64,000 nucleotides of DNA. Source: Podarcis bocagei (taxonomy: Eukaryota). Under the pieces are notes generated by a model. It worked only from the letters and a program-made list of their open reading frames with translations. It had not been told where the DNA came from and ran no database searches. This document shows, piece by piece, positions 1 to 11,220 of the stretch. The translations under genes were made by a program, and so were the position numbers. The DNA is taken from assembly GCA_964188305.1 (NCBI GenBank), contig OZ076886.1; one strand, 5' to 3'. Numbering within the stretch: the stretch's first letter is position 1; each line of letters opens with the position of its first letter.

Positions 1-493
1 TTTTCATTTTTCTGCATCCTCCAGTCATCCTGAAACCCTCAGTTCAATTCAGAGCAGTCCATTTGCTCATACAATGCCCATTGCCAATGGCCAATGGCTC
101 AACATGAACGAAGTCTAATTACTCCATAATTAGAACAAGTTAATACTTGACAAAGTTTGAAGGGTTAACATTCTACTTCCCCAGGATTGAATGTTGAATG
201 TTCAATTTACTCATCTCTTTCAGTGACTGAAATATTTCTCAGAAACTGAATACTTGACAGGCATATAAAAAGCCAAGGGGAAATTTGCCAGTGTTCTTCA
301 ATGATTCAAAATCTGTATGTCATTTGTTTCAGGTTTTGCTGAAACCGCTAGGCAGAAACTAAAGAACAGTCAGTGTGGAATAGTGGTCAGAGTGTTGGGT
401 TAGGGCATGAGGATTCAAATCCTCATTCATCCATGTAGCTCACTCGGTAGCCTTAAGCCAGTCACCATCTCTCAGTCTAACCTACCTCACAGG

Positions 494-630
494 TACAGAT
501 AGGTAGCCGTGTTGGTCTGCCATAGTCAAAATAAAAAAAATCCTTCCAGTAGCACCTTAAAGACCAACTAAGTTAGTTCTTGGTATGAGCTTTCATGTGC
601 ATGCACACTTCTTCAGATTTTTTTTTTATT
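494..630 (-). mobile_element. Penelope-like pLTR fragment with 12-bp TSD
   Basis: Reverse complement of 20431-20528 plus a ~35-nt extension; CTACCTCACAGG at 482-493 and 631-642. Confidence 0.85.
582..618 (-). ncRNA. Minimal hammerhead ribozyme motif, 5' arm of stem I truncated
   Basis: Minus strand ATCTGAAGA-A-GTGTGCATGCACAT-GAAA-GC-TC-ATACC. Confidence 0.6.
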
Positions 631-1503
631 CTACCTCACAGGGTTGTTGTGAGAATTTAATGGGGGGGGGGAGAGAACCACATGAAGGAAAGCTGGGGTA
701 AAAATGAACGACCATATAAGTAAACAGATGAGGGGACCTTAAGGCATTGGCTACTAAGAAACTCAGCAAACTGGGTGCCTAACGTCTCCCTTCTCCTTTA
801 ATTAACTGAACAAATTCACTAATTAGATTTTAATAATTCCACACTAGGTGAGTGCAGTCTTAAATGCAGTTAGGCCTGTGTTGACTGCAAAGAACCTGGT
901 CTTCTACCAGAGGCGCTAGAAGCTAATTGTGCTTCGGGATTATGGTTCTCTGGTGGGAGATAAATTTAAATCAAGGGACTGTGAGCATGTGATAGAAAGC
1001 CACGTACGACAGAGTTGTGGATGGCATCTTTGTTCCATGCTGTGCTGAACGTCCAAAGATGTAACCAGACAGGAGGAGGGGAGAGAGAAGGGCTTTAATA
1101 AAAACCCTGATTAAGCAGTCAATTTAGCAAAGAGCCATCTATAAAGAATAGCTCCTTCAAAGGCTTCCCTAATGGCTCTATGTGTTATGTCAGAGCTGGG
1201 TAATAGAAAGCATATTTGCAAGAGCTATAAAATAGAGTCGGTGAGTGTCTGATAATAGAATGTGTTATATGTTTAATTAGCCAGACTAATCAATTGAACC
1301 CAAAAGAAATATAGCCAAACCCAAGGCTTGAGATGCCTTCTTGCACTGCTATCTCTTGCTTGGGCTTAGCTGGAAACTCATAACAATATACTGGTAGCTT
1401 CAGAGCTTTTTTAAAAAATGTAATCACCATGAAGAATCTGTGCAAATATTTAGCACTGTGCACATTTTGCTAGGATGGTTCTTCACTCTCTGATTATTTA
1501 GAT

Positions 1504-1725
1504 CAAAATTCCCCAACCTGGTGCCCTCCTGGTGCCATCTGTCATAGTTGCTTTAGCTGAGATTCCTGGTTTGCAGGGGTTGGGCTAGATGACCCTTGGC
1601 ATCCCTTCCAACTACAAATCTATGATTCTATGAAATATTTTGCAATGCAACTCCCATCGGCCCCAGACAAAATGGGGGGTGGGCTCACTGACATCTGAAG
1701 AGCACTAAGCTGGGGAAGACATCCT
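1504..1725. mobile_element. Degenerate palindromic hAT-type MITE carrying a CR1 tail
   Basis: TTCCCCAACCTGGTGCCCTCC at left matches CATCTGAAGAGCACTAAGCTGGGGAA at right; internal CAACTCCCATC as in the 25906 MITE. Confidence 0.45.
1552..1633 (+). mobile_element. CR1 LINE (or CR1-tailed SINE) 3' end
   Basis: GATTCCTG..GCAGGGGTTGG.CTAGATGACCCTT...CCCTTCCAAC...TATGATTCTATGA. Confidence 0.8.
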
Positions 1726-1745
1726 AGTCTTACATAAAATAGCAT

Positions 1746-1878
1746 ACAGTTACAGATGGGTAGCCGTGTTGGTCTGCCATAGTCAAAATAAAAAAATTCC
1801 TTCCTGTAGCACCTTAAAGACCAACTAAGTTAGTTCTTGGTATAAGCTTTCGTGTGCATGCACACTTCTTCAGATACC
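1746..1878 (-). mobile_element. Penelope-like pLTR fragment with 10-bp TSD
   Basis: Near-identical to 494-618; AAAATAGCAT at 1736-1745 and 1879-1888. Confidence 0.85.
1839..1878 (-). ncRNA. Minimal type I hammerhead ribozyme
   Basis: Minus strand GGTAT-CTGAAGA-A-GTGTG(CATG)CACAC-GAAA-GC-TT-ATACC: 5-bp stem I, 5-bp stem II, palindromic AGCT at stem III. Confidence 0.75.
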
Positions 1879-1971
1879 AAAATAGCATGTCCACTAACAC
1901 ACTGAGAGTAGCACTCAAAGCTACAAAATGAATTGTCACAAAGCAGGACTTCTGAACAGGAAAGAGAAAAC

Positions 1972-3330
1972 GGTATAAGTGCAATATATTCTGAACAAAA
2001 GGCTAAATTAATTGTAAATAACGTGGTGATGGAAGAATTTAAGATAGAAAAAGGGACACGACAAGGTTGCCCAATCTCCCCATTGCTTTTTATATCGGTC
2101 CTGGAGGTTTTGCTGAACATGATTAGAAGGGACCAGTTGGTTAAAGGTATACATGTTGGAGCCAAACAGTACAAATTGAGAGCATTTGCAGATAACTTAG
2201 TATTGACGTTACAGGAGCCAGAATCTAGTACCAAAAGGGTTTTAGAACTGATTCAAGAATTTGGTCAAGTTGCAGGATTTAAATTGAATAAGTTAAAAAC
2301 CAAGGTTTTAGAGAAAAATTTAACACCAATGGAGAGAGAGAGGTTTCATAATGAGACAGGTTTAACAGTGGTTAAGAAAGTGAAATACCTGGGGATTAAC
2401 ATGACAGCAAAAAATGGGAATTTGTTTAAAGACAACTATGAGAAATGCTGGGCTGAAGTGAAAAAAAGATTTAGAAATTTGGTCAAAAATGAATGTATTG
2501 CCTAGAATGTTGTTTTTGTTTCAAACACTGCAAATTGTGGACAAAATGGACTGTTTCAAGAGGTGGCAGAGAGATATTTCTAGATTTGTCTGGCAGGGCA
2601 AGAAGCCTAGAATAAAATTTAAAATATTAACAGATGCAAAGGAAAGAGGTGGATTTGCCCTGCCAGACTTTAAACTTTACTATGAATCAGCAGCCTTTTG
2701 CTGGTTGAAAGAATGGCTGTTTCTTGAAAACACTGACATTTTGGATTTAGAAGGCTTTAACAATGTATTTGGATGGCATGCATATCTGTGATATGATAAG
2801 GTCAAAGCACATAAAGCATTTAAAAACCATATTGTCAGGAAAGCATTGTTTAATGTTTGAATAAGATACAAGGACTTATTGGAAAATAAAACCCCAAGGT
2901 GGCTGTCACCGATGGAAGCGAAAGCTCAGAAAAAGCTCAATATGGAGGTCAAATGGCCGAAATATTGGGAAATTTTGGAACAAGATGGAGATAGACTGAA
3001 ATTGCAGAGTTTTGAGAAACTAAAAAACAAAGTGCGAGACTGGCTTCATTATTATCAGATAATGGAGGCATATAATTTGGACAAGAAAATTGGCTTTCAG
3101 GTGGAAAAATCAAAATTGGAAACAGAACTGTTAGAACCCAAAACTAAGAATTTGTCAAGAATGTATAACTTGCTGTTGAAATGGAATACTCAGGATGAAA
3201 CGGTGAAATCTGTTATGATTAAATGGGCACAAGATGTTGGACATAATATAATGATGGCTGACTGGGAACAGTTATGGACCACAGGTATGAAGTTTACGGC
3301 ATGTAATGCCTTAAGAGAGAATATTATGAA
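1972..3330 (+). pseudogene. L1-clade ORF2 reverse transcriptase remnant, disrupted
   Basis: Segments in ORFs 1933-2505, 2489-2791 and 2879-; frameshift/deletion near 2470-2489; TGA stops at 2789 and 2858. Confidence 0.85.
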
Positions 3331-3387
<57 letters not shown>

Positions 3388-5031
3388 TTATTATTTATAC
3401 CCCGCCCATCTGGCTGGGCCTCCCCAGCCACTCTGGGCGGCTTCCATAAAAACCAGAAATACAGTAAAATGTCACACGTTAAAAACTTCCCTGAACAGGG
3501 CTGCCTTAAGATGTCTCCTGAATGTCAGATAGTTGTTTATCGCTTTGACATCTGCTGGAAGGGCGTTCCACAGGGCGGGCGCCACTACCGAGAAGGCCCT
3601 CTGCCTGGTTCCCTGTAGCTTTGCTTCTCGCAGTGAGGGAACCGCCAGAAGGCCCTCGGCGCTGGACCTCAGCGTCCGGGCAGACTGATGGGGGTGGAGA
3701 CGCTCCTTCAGGTATACTGGACCGAGGCCGTTTAGGGCTTTAAAGGTCAGCACCAACACTTTGAATTGTGCTCGGAAACGTACTGGGAGCCAATGCAGGT
3801 CTTTCAAGACCGGTGTTATATGGTCTCGGCGGCCGCTCCCAGTCACCAGTCTAGCTGCCGCATTCTGGATTAGTTGTAGTTTCCGCGTCACCTTCAAAGG
3901 TAGCCCCACGTAGAGCACATTGCAGTAGTCCAAGCGGGAGATAACCAGAGCATGCACCACTCTGGCGAGACAGTCCGCAGGCAGATAGGGTCTCAGCCTA
4001 CGTACCAGCTGGAGCTGGTAAACAGCTGCCCTGGACACAGATTTGACCTGTGCCTCCATGGACAGCTGTGAGTCCAAAATGACTCCCAGGCTGCGCACCT
4101 GGTCCTTCAGGGGCACAGTTACCCCATTCAGGACCAGGGAATCCTCCACACCTGCCCGCCTCCTGTCCCCCAAAAACAGTACTTCTGTCTTGTCAGGATT
4201 CAACCTCAATCTGTTAGCCGCCATCCATCCTCCAACCGCCTCCAGACACTCACACAGGACCTTCACCGCCTTCACTGGTTCTGATTTAAAAGAGAGGTAG
4301 AGCTGGGTGTCATCCGCATACTGATGAACACCCAGCCCAAACCTCCTGATGATCTCTCCCAGCGGCTTCATATAGATGTTAAAAAGCATGGGGGAGAGGA
4401 CAGAACCCTGAGGCACCCCACAAGTGAGGGCCCAAGGGTCTGAACACTCATCCCCCACCACCACTTTCTGAACACGGCCCAGGAGGAAGGAGCGGAACCA
4501 CTGTATAACAGTGCCCCCAGCTCCCAGCCCCTCAAGACGGTCCAGAAGGATGCTATGGTCGATGGTATCAAACGCCGCTGAGAGATCCAGCAGAACTAGG
4601 AAACAGCTCTCACCTTTGTCCCTAGCCCGCCGGAGATCATCAACCAGTGCGACCAAGGCAGTTTCAGTCCCATGATGAGGCCTGAATCCCGACTGGAAGG
4701 GATCCAAATGGTCCGCTTCTTCCAGGCGTGCCTGGAGTTGTTCAGCAACCACTCGCTCAATCACCTTGCCCAGGAATGGAAGATTTGAGACTGGGCGATA
4801 GTTGGCCATCGTGGCCGCATCTAAAGATGGTTTTTTAAGAAGCGGTTTAATAACCGCCTCTTTCAGCGGGTCTGGGAAGGCTCCCTCACGGAGGGAAGCA
4901 TTCACCACCCCACGAAGCCCATCGCCCAGTCCTTCCCGGCTAGCTTTTATAAGCCAGGATGGGCAAGGATCCAGGAGACAGGTGGTTGGTTTCACTCGTC
5001 CAAGCAGCCTGTCCACATCCTCGGAGGTAAC
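3331..5031 (-). mobile_element. Young 5'-truncated L2 LINE
   Basis: Uninterrupted RT ORF, 3' UTR stem-loop CCGCCCAGAGTGGCTGGGG..CCAGCCAGATGGGCGG and (TTA)n tail. Confidence 0.95.
3472..5031 (-). CDS. L2 ORF2 reverse transcriptase domain and C-terminus (partial, no native start)
   Basis: NYRPVSNLPFLGKVIE, QSGFR, LLDLSAAFDTIDH, GVPQGSVLSP, YADD (4309-4320), LHWLPV; about 520 codons without a stop. Confidence 0.9.
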   Translation of the reverse strand, partial: VTSEDVDRLLGRVKPTTCLLDPCPSWLIKASREGLGDGLRGVVNASLREGAFPDPLKEAVIKPLLKKPSLDAATMANYRPVSNLPFLGKVIERVVAEQLQARLEEADHLDPFQSGFRPHHGTETALVALVDDLRRARDKGESCFLVLLDLSAAFDTIDHSILLDRLEGLGAGGTVIQWFRSFLLGRVQKVVVGDECSDPWALTCGVPQGSVLSPMLFNIYMKPLGEIIRRFGLGVHQYADDTQLYLSFKSEPVKAVKVLCECLEAVGGWMAANRLRLNPDKTEVLFLGDRRRAGVEDSLVLNGVTVPLKDQVRSLGVILDSQLSMEAQVKSVSRAAVYQLQLVRRLRPYLPADCLARVVHALVISRLDYCNVLYVGLPLKVTRKLQLIQNAAARLVTGSGRRDHITPVLKDLHWLPVRFRAQFKVLVLTFKALNGLGPVYLKERLHPHQSARTLRSSAEGLLAVPSLREAKLQGTRQRAFSVVAPALWNALPADVKAINNYLTFRRHLKAALFREVFNV

Positions 5032-5032
5032 A

Positions 5033-5506
5033 ATGATATACAGGTGGTACATGACACCAGTCAAGCTTGCAAAAATCTATCATCTGCCCAATAATAAATG
5101 TTGGAAATGTAAAGAAACTGAAGGTGCATTCTTTCACCTTTGGTGGACATGCCCAAGGATTAAGGCTTTCTGGGAGATGATCTATAATGAATTGAAAAAG
5201 GTATTTAAATATACCTTCTTGAAGAAACCAGAGGCCTTTCTCCTGGGCATAGTCGGCCAATTGGTGCTAAAGAAGGATAGAACTTTCTTTATGTATTCCA
5301 CAACAGCAGCAAGAATACTTATAGCAAAGTATTGGAAGACACAAGACCTACCCACTCTGGAAGAATGGCAGATGAAGGTGATGGACTACATGGAATTGGC
5401 GGAAATGACTGGCAGAATCCGAGACCAGGGAGAAGAGTCAGTGGAAGAAGATTGGAAGAAATTTAAAGACTATTTACAGAAATATTGCAAAATTAATGAA
5501 TGTTAG
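5033..5506 (+). pseudogene. L1-clade ORF2 C-terminus with cysteine-rich knuckle
   Basis: MIYRWYMTPVKL...CWKCKETEGAFFHLWWTC continues ENIMK from before the L2 insertion. Confidence 0.85.
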
Positions 5507-8500
5507 AATGATGTTGGAATGAAGCTAGGTGGTTTAAGCAGTAATGCTATAAAGGTGTATGTAAAAAAGGATTGATAACAGATGAAAATTTAAAGTTACA
5601 GTATATTAAGTTAAAGGATCATGAGAAAACAAAGAGGGAAAGAAATTGCTGACTTAAATAATTGAACTGGAATACAAAAAAGGGAGGTATGAGGAGGTCA
5701 GGGAAACAAGGATATGAATGTAAGCTTTAGAAAGATTGATTCATTTTCCTTTTCTTCTTTTTAAGTGTTTTTTTATTCCTTTTTTGTTGTTGTTGTATTT
5801 TGTATTTTCCTTGTATTTTTATTTTTTGTTTTTGTGTAATTCATTTTTTCTCTGAAATTTTAATAAAATATCATTTAAAAAAAGCACATACTACTGTATC
5901 ATTTTTGTTTTGTTGTTGTTTTTACTGAAAACAGGATAAACATTAGGAAACACTGCACTGAAACCATGAGGGCTAGATTCTTCTTCTCTCTTGCCTCTCC
6001 ACCTCTTGTAATAAAAAATAATAATAAAGAGCTGAGATTTTTCAGATCACTTCTGCACCATGTTCCAGATTACGCACTGTCTCACACACAGATGCCAAAA
6101 TATTCACATCCCTGAGCACAGCTAGAGCCTCCCAGAATTCCGAGACAAAGTTGTCTGGCTAATAGAGTGGGCATTATGCACAGCAAGAGAAATTTAGCCC
6201 TATCTCTTCAGATCAAAAGTGCTTTTTTCCCTGCCACTAAGTGGCTCCAGATGTTAAAATATTCAACAGTGTTGCTTTCTCTCCAGCCACCATAACTGCT
6301 GCTGGAGTTTAAAATATTTACTCCTTTTGATGCTAAACTCCAGATTGAAACATGAAATATTTATCCTTCTGGCCACCTCCCCCACCCCACCCATTTCTCT
6401 GCGTTTTGAGCTTATTTTTAGGCTTTTTTGAAACAAATTGGTTATTTTCAAACATTGAAATGGGGCACTAAAAGGAGATTTATGAAGGTGTGGGGAAGTC
6501 CTGTTTTACCCCTATTTCCATCTGTATCCCACCACAGGCACTTAAGGTAGCAACCATTAAACAGAAAACAGCCCTTTAAGACATAGCTGTGAGCAAAAAG
6601 CGCTGAGTACCTTTTCTCCCCATTCTACAGTTCAAGAATTAAAATTGAGGGGCAATGATTTGTCCAGTGTGCAACTCATTGCAAAGGCAGCAGAACTGGG
6701 ATCTGAAATCTGTTCTCCTAGGTGAGGTTCAGTCAAAGTTCAGCCACTCTCCTCTTTTTATTGGGAACCAGCGGAGCTAATAGCTCCAGATGTCTCCAGG
6801 GAACAAGCAAAGCCACATGCAAGCCAACTCACAGGAAGGCAAAAAGGACTGGACGTGACCAGCAAATGAGTATCAGTTTCACTGTGCATTGTGTTTTCTT
6901 CTCTGTTCCCTCATGGAGCGTGACTAGGGGTTGGCGATGGTGTTCACAGGGAATGAGAAGAAAGAGGAAGAAGAGGAAGGCAGCCGAAACATGGGGCTGT
7001 GATATTCTGCTGCTTCATGAAAGGCAGTCAATGTGAGGCAGGTACTGAATGGGCTGTAGGTGCCTCCAAACCGCCACAATTTTGCAGGAAGCATTCATAT
7101 GCGTACCAGATATTACGCTTGCACAAATAAAATAAAGCAACAAATCCACATTAAACCAAAAGCAAATAAGGGGGGGGGGTACTTTTTGCAGTTAGGAAAG
7201 TAATGGGGGAATGCACTGAATAGTGTGGGGTTTGTGTATTTATTGCATAAAAATGCATCTGCCATTTGATTGTACAAAACCTCAAAGCAGTTAATGGGAA
7301 TGATTAATGGGAAGACATGCAAACACCTTGCAAGCAAATCAGAAAGAATGTCAGATGTAGACTAACCACCATGTAAGCTTTGTGGAAGTAAATCAAGATG
7401 AGCTGGGGATGGCTGCTGAATAAATAGGCCCCCTGGAGGAGCACTGTCACAATCTCACACTCATAGGAACCCTGTTGAAGTTCTTCAAGCACATTTTGCT
7501 TATAACACATCTGCTGTTGAGGAACAGGAGTGGGCAAGTGCTCTTAGGCTTACATCCTCCTTGTGGACTATCCACTCTGGTTGCCCACAGTGGGAAACAC
7601 AGTGCTAGATTAAGGCCTTTGATCTGATCCACCTGGGCTCATATTATGGATGGAGGATGCTTCCACTGACACCCAGTCTCACCATAGTACCTGCCCCGGA
7701 AGATGGGGTTCGGATAAGCAGTTCAAGTTGCAGATCCTGTTAATAAATCAATAAAGTCCTGTTCCATTATTCATCCAAGTGTTTGTGTGAATCTGTTCAT
7801 TCATGTGTTTGGGGAAGTCGACATGTACACTGGTTTGCTTCTCCCAGCAGAAGTCTTCACATCCATGTCAGGAAACAACACACATCTCTTATGAGTGCTG
7901 GGCATCTGTGCTCACCTCTTCCGTGGCTACTATCGAGAGCCATGCAAAGTGCAGAAAGGAGGGCTGCAATTGCTGCAGGCACATTTCCCTCCATTGCTCC
8001 ACCAGACCCCTTAGCCCAACTTGGGATGACAACATGCCACTCGGCTGCCTTGATGGTTTATATCATTGTGATGGGTATTTGTATTGGAAAGTGCTGGCAT
8101 GCTCCCCAGGGCTCAGTGCCCTTTGCTACCTCAGCAAGTTAGATCCATATGGAGGGGAGTTCCCTGGGTTAAATATTTACCAGACGAGCCCCTGTGTTTC
8201 CCATCAAATGGGAGATCTTCCGTCTAGGCTGTGTGTTTTTTAGTCTTTGTGCCTTCATGCCTGCTGGGCTCTCTGGGGAGAGGCACTGAATGAGCTGCCC
8301 GAGGCCAAACACCAACAGAGAAGAAAGCAGGCGGCTTTCCTCCTCAGCAAGCCTTTTACTGTCTGCTCATCAGATCTGTGCCTGGGTGTAACACAGGCTC
8401 ACCTAAAGGCAGCTCCTTGGGAGGAATCAGCCACACTCTGTGTGTTTGTGTTTATGTGTGTTGCCATTCCAGAAAGAGATCTGAGATAGGTAGCTGGGGA

Positions 8501-8740
8501 ACATCACCTCGGCGTACTGCAGCTGTCAAAAAAAGAAATAAAAGGTAAACAGCACATTAAAAACCATTAAGACAAGGATGGGGGGGGGGACACACAAAAC
8601 AGAGGATGTGAGAATGCCCTTCTTCACACTGTTAAATCCTGCATACATCCATATTTTTTCTTCCCCAGCTCCATAGACAGTTCAGCTGACCTATCTTTTA
8701 AAAAGGCCATATTCAAAGTAAATCAGGTACAGGGATCTTT

Positions 8741-9100
8741 TAAAAAGATAAAGGTAAAGGGACCCCTGACCATTAGGTCCAGTCGTGGCCGCCTCTGGGG
8801 TTGCGGCACTCATCTCGCTTTATTGGCCGAGGGAGTCGGCGTACAGCTTCTGGGTCATGTGGCCAGCATGACTAAGCTGCTTCTGGCAAACCAGAGCAGC
8901 ACACGGAAACACTGTTTACCTTCCCGCCAGAGCGGTACCTATTTATCTACTTGCACTTTGATGTGCTTTCGAACTGCTAGGTTGGCAGGAGCAGGGACCG
9001 AGCAACGGGAGCTCACCCCATTGTGGGGATTTGAACCACCGACCTTCTGATCGGCAAGCCCTAGGCTCTGTGGTTTAACACACAGCGCCACCCGGGTCCC
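8741..9100 (-). mobile_element. Sauria SINE (Squam1-type), full length
   Basis: Minus strand begins GGGACCCGGGTGGCGCTG, B box GGTTCAAATCC, (ACCTTT)-type tail; TSD ACAGGGATCTTT at 8729-8740 and 9101-9112. Confidence 0.92.
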
Positions 9101-10074
9101 ACAGGGATCTTTAGTGTTGTCTATATGACAGAAGAACAAGTCGGCTTAAAAAGAAAAAAAGAATTGGGGGGCAGGTTGGTTCAGAAAGTTAATCTGGTCA
9201 CATGAAGCCTGCAAGACACAAAGCGGTTGCCAGAGGTGATGGAATTAGGGCAGCCATGCTGTGCATCAAGTCTAGGGGGCTCCACAGGGTGCTGCAACTA
9301 TGAAGTCATGAATTGAGCAGAATGGAAGGTGAGAGGCATCAAGGTGGCAAACTTTGTCCTTGCTCAGGGTGCCACTGAAGTTGGGAAGACCAAAGTCCAC
9401 TCCTGGTTGATGCCCATTAGTCCTTGTGGCAGACAGAGAGAATAGTAAGGTCAGCACAAGTAGCTAGTCCACAAGAACAATTAATCCCACATAACAAGGT
9501 CTCTTCCTTTTTTCAGCTCAAACACATGCTTTAAAGTGATATGACTTATACCTACTTCAAACTGATGGTTGTTCTTTCTGCGGTATAAAATCACTGGCTC
9601 ACTGTTCCTAACCACATTGTTTCAAATTAAAGAAGTACAATTTTTCACAAGAAGGCTTTTGTTCCATATTGGACCTGAACAAGGCAGTGCTGGCATGCTT
9701 CTGTGCATAGAGCATTCTGAGTGGTTGACATCAAAGAAAAAACACATACTATATTTTCTATGTTAGTGCAAACTACAGAGCTACAATTCCCAACACAAAC
9801 TACAGTTTCCAAGACTCTTTGGGGAAAGTCATGCGCTTTAACTAGATGCTGTTTATATAGCTAAGGTTAGAATGAGTACAAAACCATTTTTTAAAGGTTT
9901 CCTTTATTTAATATTGATTTTCTATTTGAATTTTTACATTTGTTACAAACACTTCTAACTTAAAGTAGGATAAGGCAGAACATTCTCTGGAGAGCCGCAA
10001 TTATAAGCGACACCAGCACAAAACAGCCTCTTCCTCTTCTCATTGTTGCTTCTCGTCGGAAATATCAGCATTCA

Positions 10075-10088
10075 CCACCAGAGGGCAC
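10075..10088 (+). promoter_or_regulatory. Candidate CTCF site
   Basis: CCACCAGAGGGCAC fits CCASYAGRKGGCRS exactly, in non-repeat sequence. Confidence 0.45.
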
Positions 10089-10891
10089 TTCAAACTCAAC
10101 AATGACTCGCATGAAGGCATCTCCTCTCATAATGTATTTTGGCTGAGCTAGCTAGCCATGGCCCGGACAGTCATGCAATTTTTCTGAGAAAACTCTTCAA
10201 AGCGCAGAAGATAGAATGCGTGTCTGATAGACTTGAGGAAATCAAAAAAGAAAGGTACCACAAAATACAAATGTGATTGGGGCAGGGGGCACATTCAAGA
10301 AAGCACATCTAGATGTAGCAATGGACCCTAATGAAGGCACAACACTATGTTCCCACTCTTCCATCAATATCCTTGGGAGGATGCAGATGGTCATTTTGTT
10401 ACATCATGTGTTAGATGTTTTGCCATACTTCTGTGCCTGTTGCAGGGTTGCCAACTCTTGAAAAACAGCATTCAGGGATGGAGCCCAATCTTGTTTTTGT
10501 AAATCTTGTTTGTTCTCAGTAACCAAAATTATATTATCAACATATACAACATATTCATCTGCAAGGAATCATACAAAACAAAGTGGCACTGATAAAGAAA
10601 AGTCCCAGGGTGGCAACAGAAAGCAAACTAAACATGCTTTTGCAGTTCATCAAAACTATCCAGCAGTATCAAGACACAGGAAAACTGGTGCTATTAACAG
10701 TAACCCTTCTAGTTGGTTAATTGATTGGGCAACTTTCATGCACATGACGTGTGATGGTAATTTCCCCCCAAAGAGGTAAATGATACCTCTTCAGAGGCAG
10801 CTGCAGTTGCAAATGGCAACAAAATATTTATGAAAGGAGGAGCAGGTTTGCTCAAGTGTGTTGCAGGTAGTGTAGTGCTTATGCGACTCAT

Positions 10892-11220
10892 CAGGGCTGG
10901 CCTTAAGGCAACTGGAACAATTGGGCCTCACGGGCTGCTCCTAAGGGCCCCCCTACACCATGGCATCTTTGCAGACTGTGGCTGTGAACTGGGGCCCTAC
11001 AAAAAAGAATTCAAGTTGGGCCCCACTGCTTCAAATTGGACCCCACTGGCTAGCCCTGACTCTCATAGTTGCTGGGCCCAAGTTGCCCTGCCCTTGCAAT
11101 GAAGTTTTGGGTTTGCAATTTTGGGAAAGGCGAGACTGCCCTCTGGGGAGCGGGAGGGCTGGCGAGGCCCCCTAGATTTAGAGGCCCTAGGTTTCAGCCT
11201 ACTTAGCCTATACATAAATA
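10892..11220. mobile_element. Degenerate hAT-type non-autonomous element
   Basis: Starts CAGGGCTGGCCTTAAGG, repeated GGGCCC subterminal motifs, ends GAGGCCCTAGGTTTCAGCCTAC. Confidence 0.4.

Larger units (their letters stand above)
368..707 (+). mobile_element. tRNA-derived SINE (Squam3/MIR-like), split by a Penelope-derived insertion at 494-630
   Basis: Head CAGTGTGGAATAGTGGTCAGAG...GGATTCAAATCC (A/B boxes); core CTCAGTCTAACCTACCTCACAGGGTTGTTGTGAG resumes after the insert. Confidence 0.7.
1972..5883 (+). mobile_element. 5'-truncated L1-clade (L1/Tx1-like) LINE with ORF2 remnant, 3' UTR and A-tail; interrupted by L2 at ~3331-5031
   Basis: GTRQGCPISPLLF, FADN (decayed FADD), KYLGI, GGFALPDF and C-terminal CWKC...HLWWTC knuckle; stop 5504-5506; T-rich 3' UTR; AATAAA then A-run near 5862-5883. 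Confidence 0.92.

Noticed and set aside
904-917. CTCF-like CTACCAGAGGCGCT
   Set aside because: One base short in the core, so a poor fit to the consensus.
2879-3532. ORF with a poly-isoleucine run
   Set aside because: L1 ORF2 reading into the (AAT)n tail of the inserted L2. The poly-I/N ORFs at 51182, 54813, 55037 and 56890 have the same kind of origin.
4802-5506. 234-aa + strand ORF as a novel gene
   Set aside because: Chimera of antisense L2 sequence and the L1 ORF2 C-terminus, created by the insertion.
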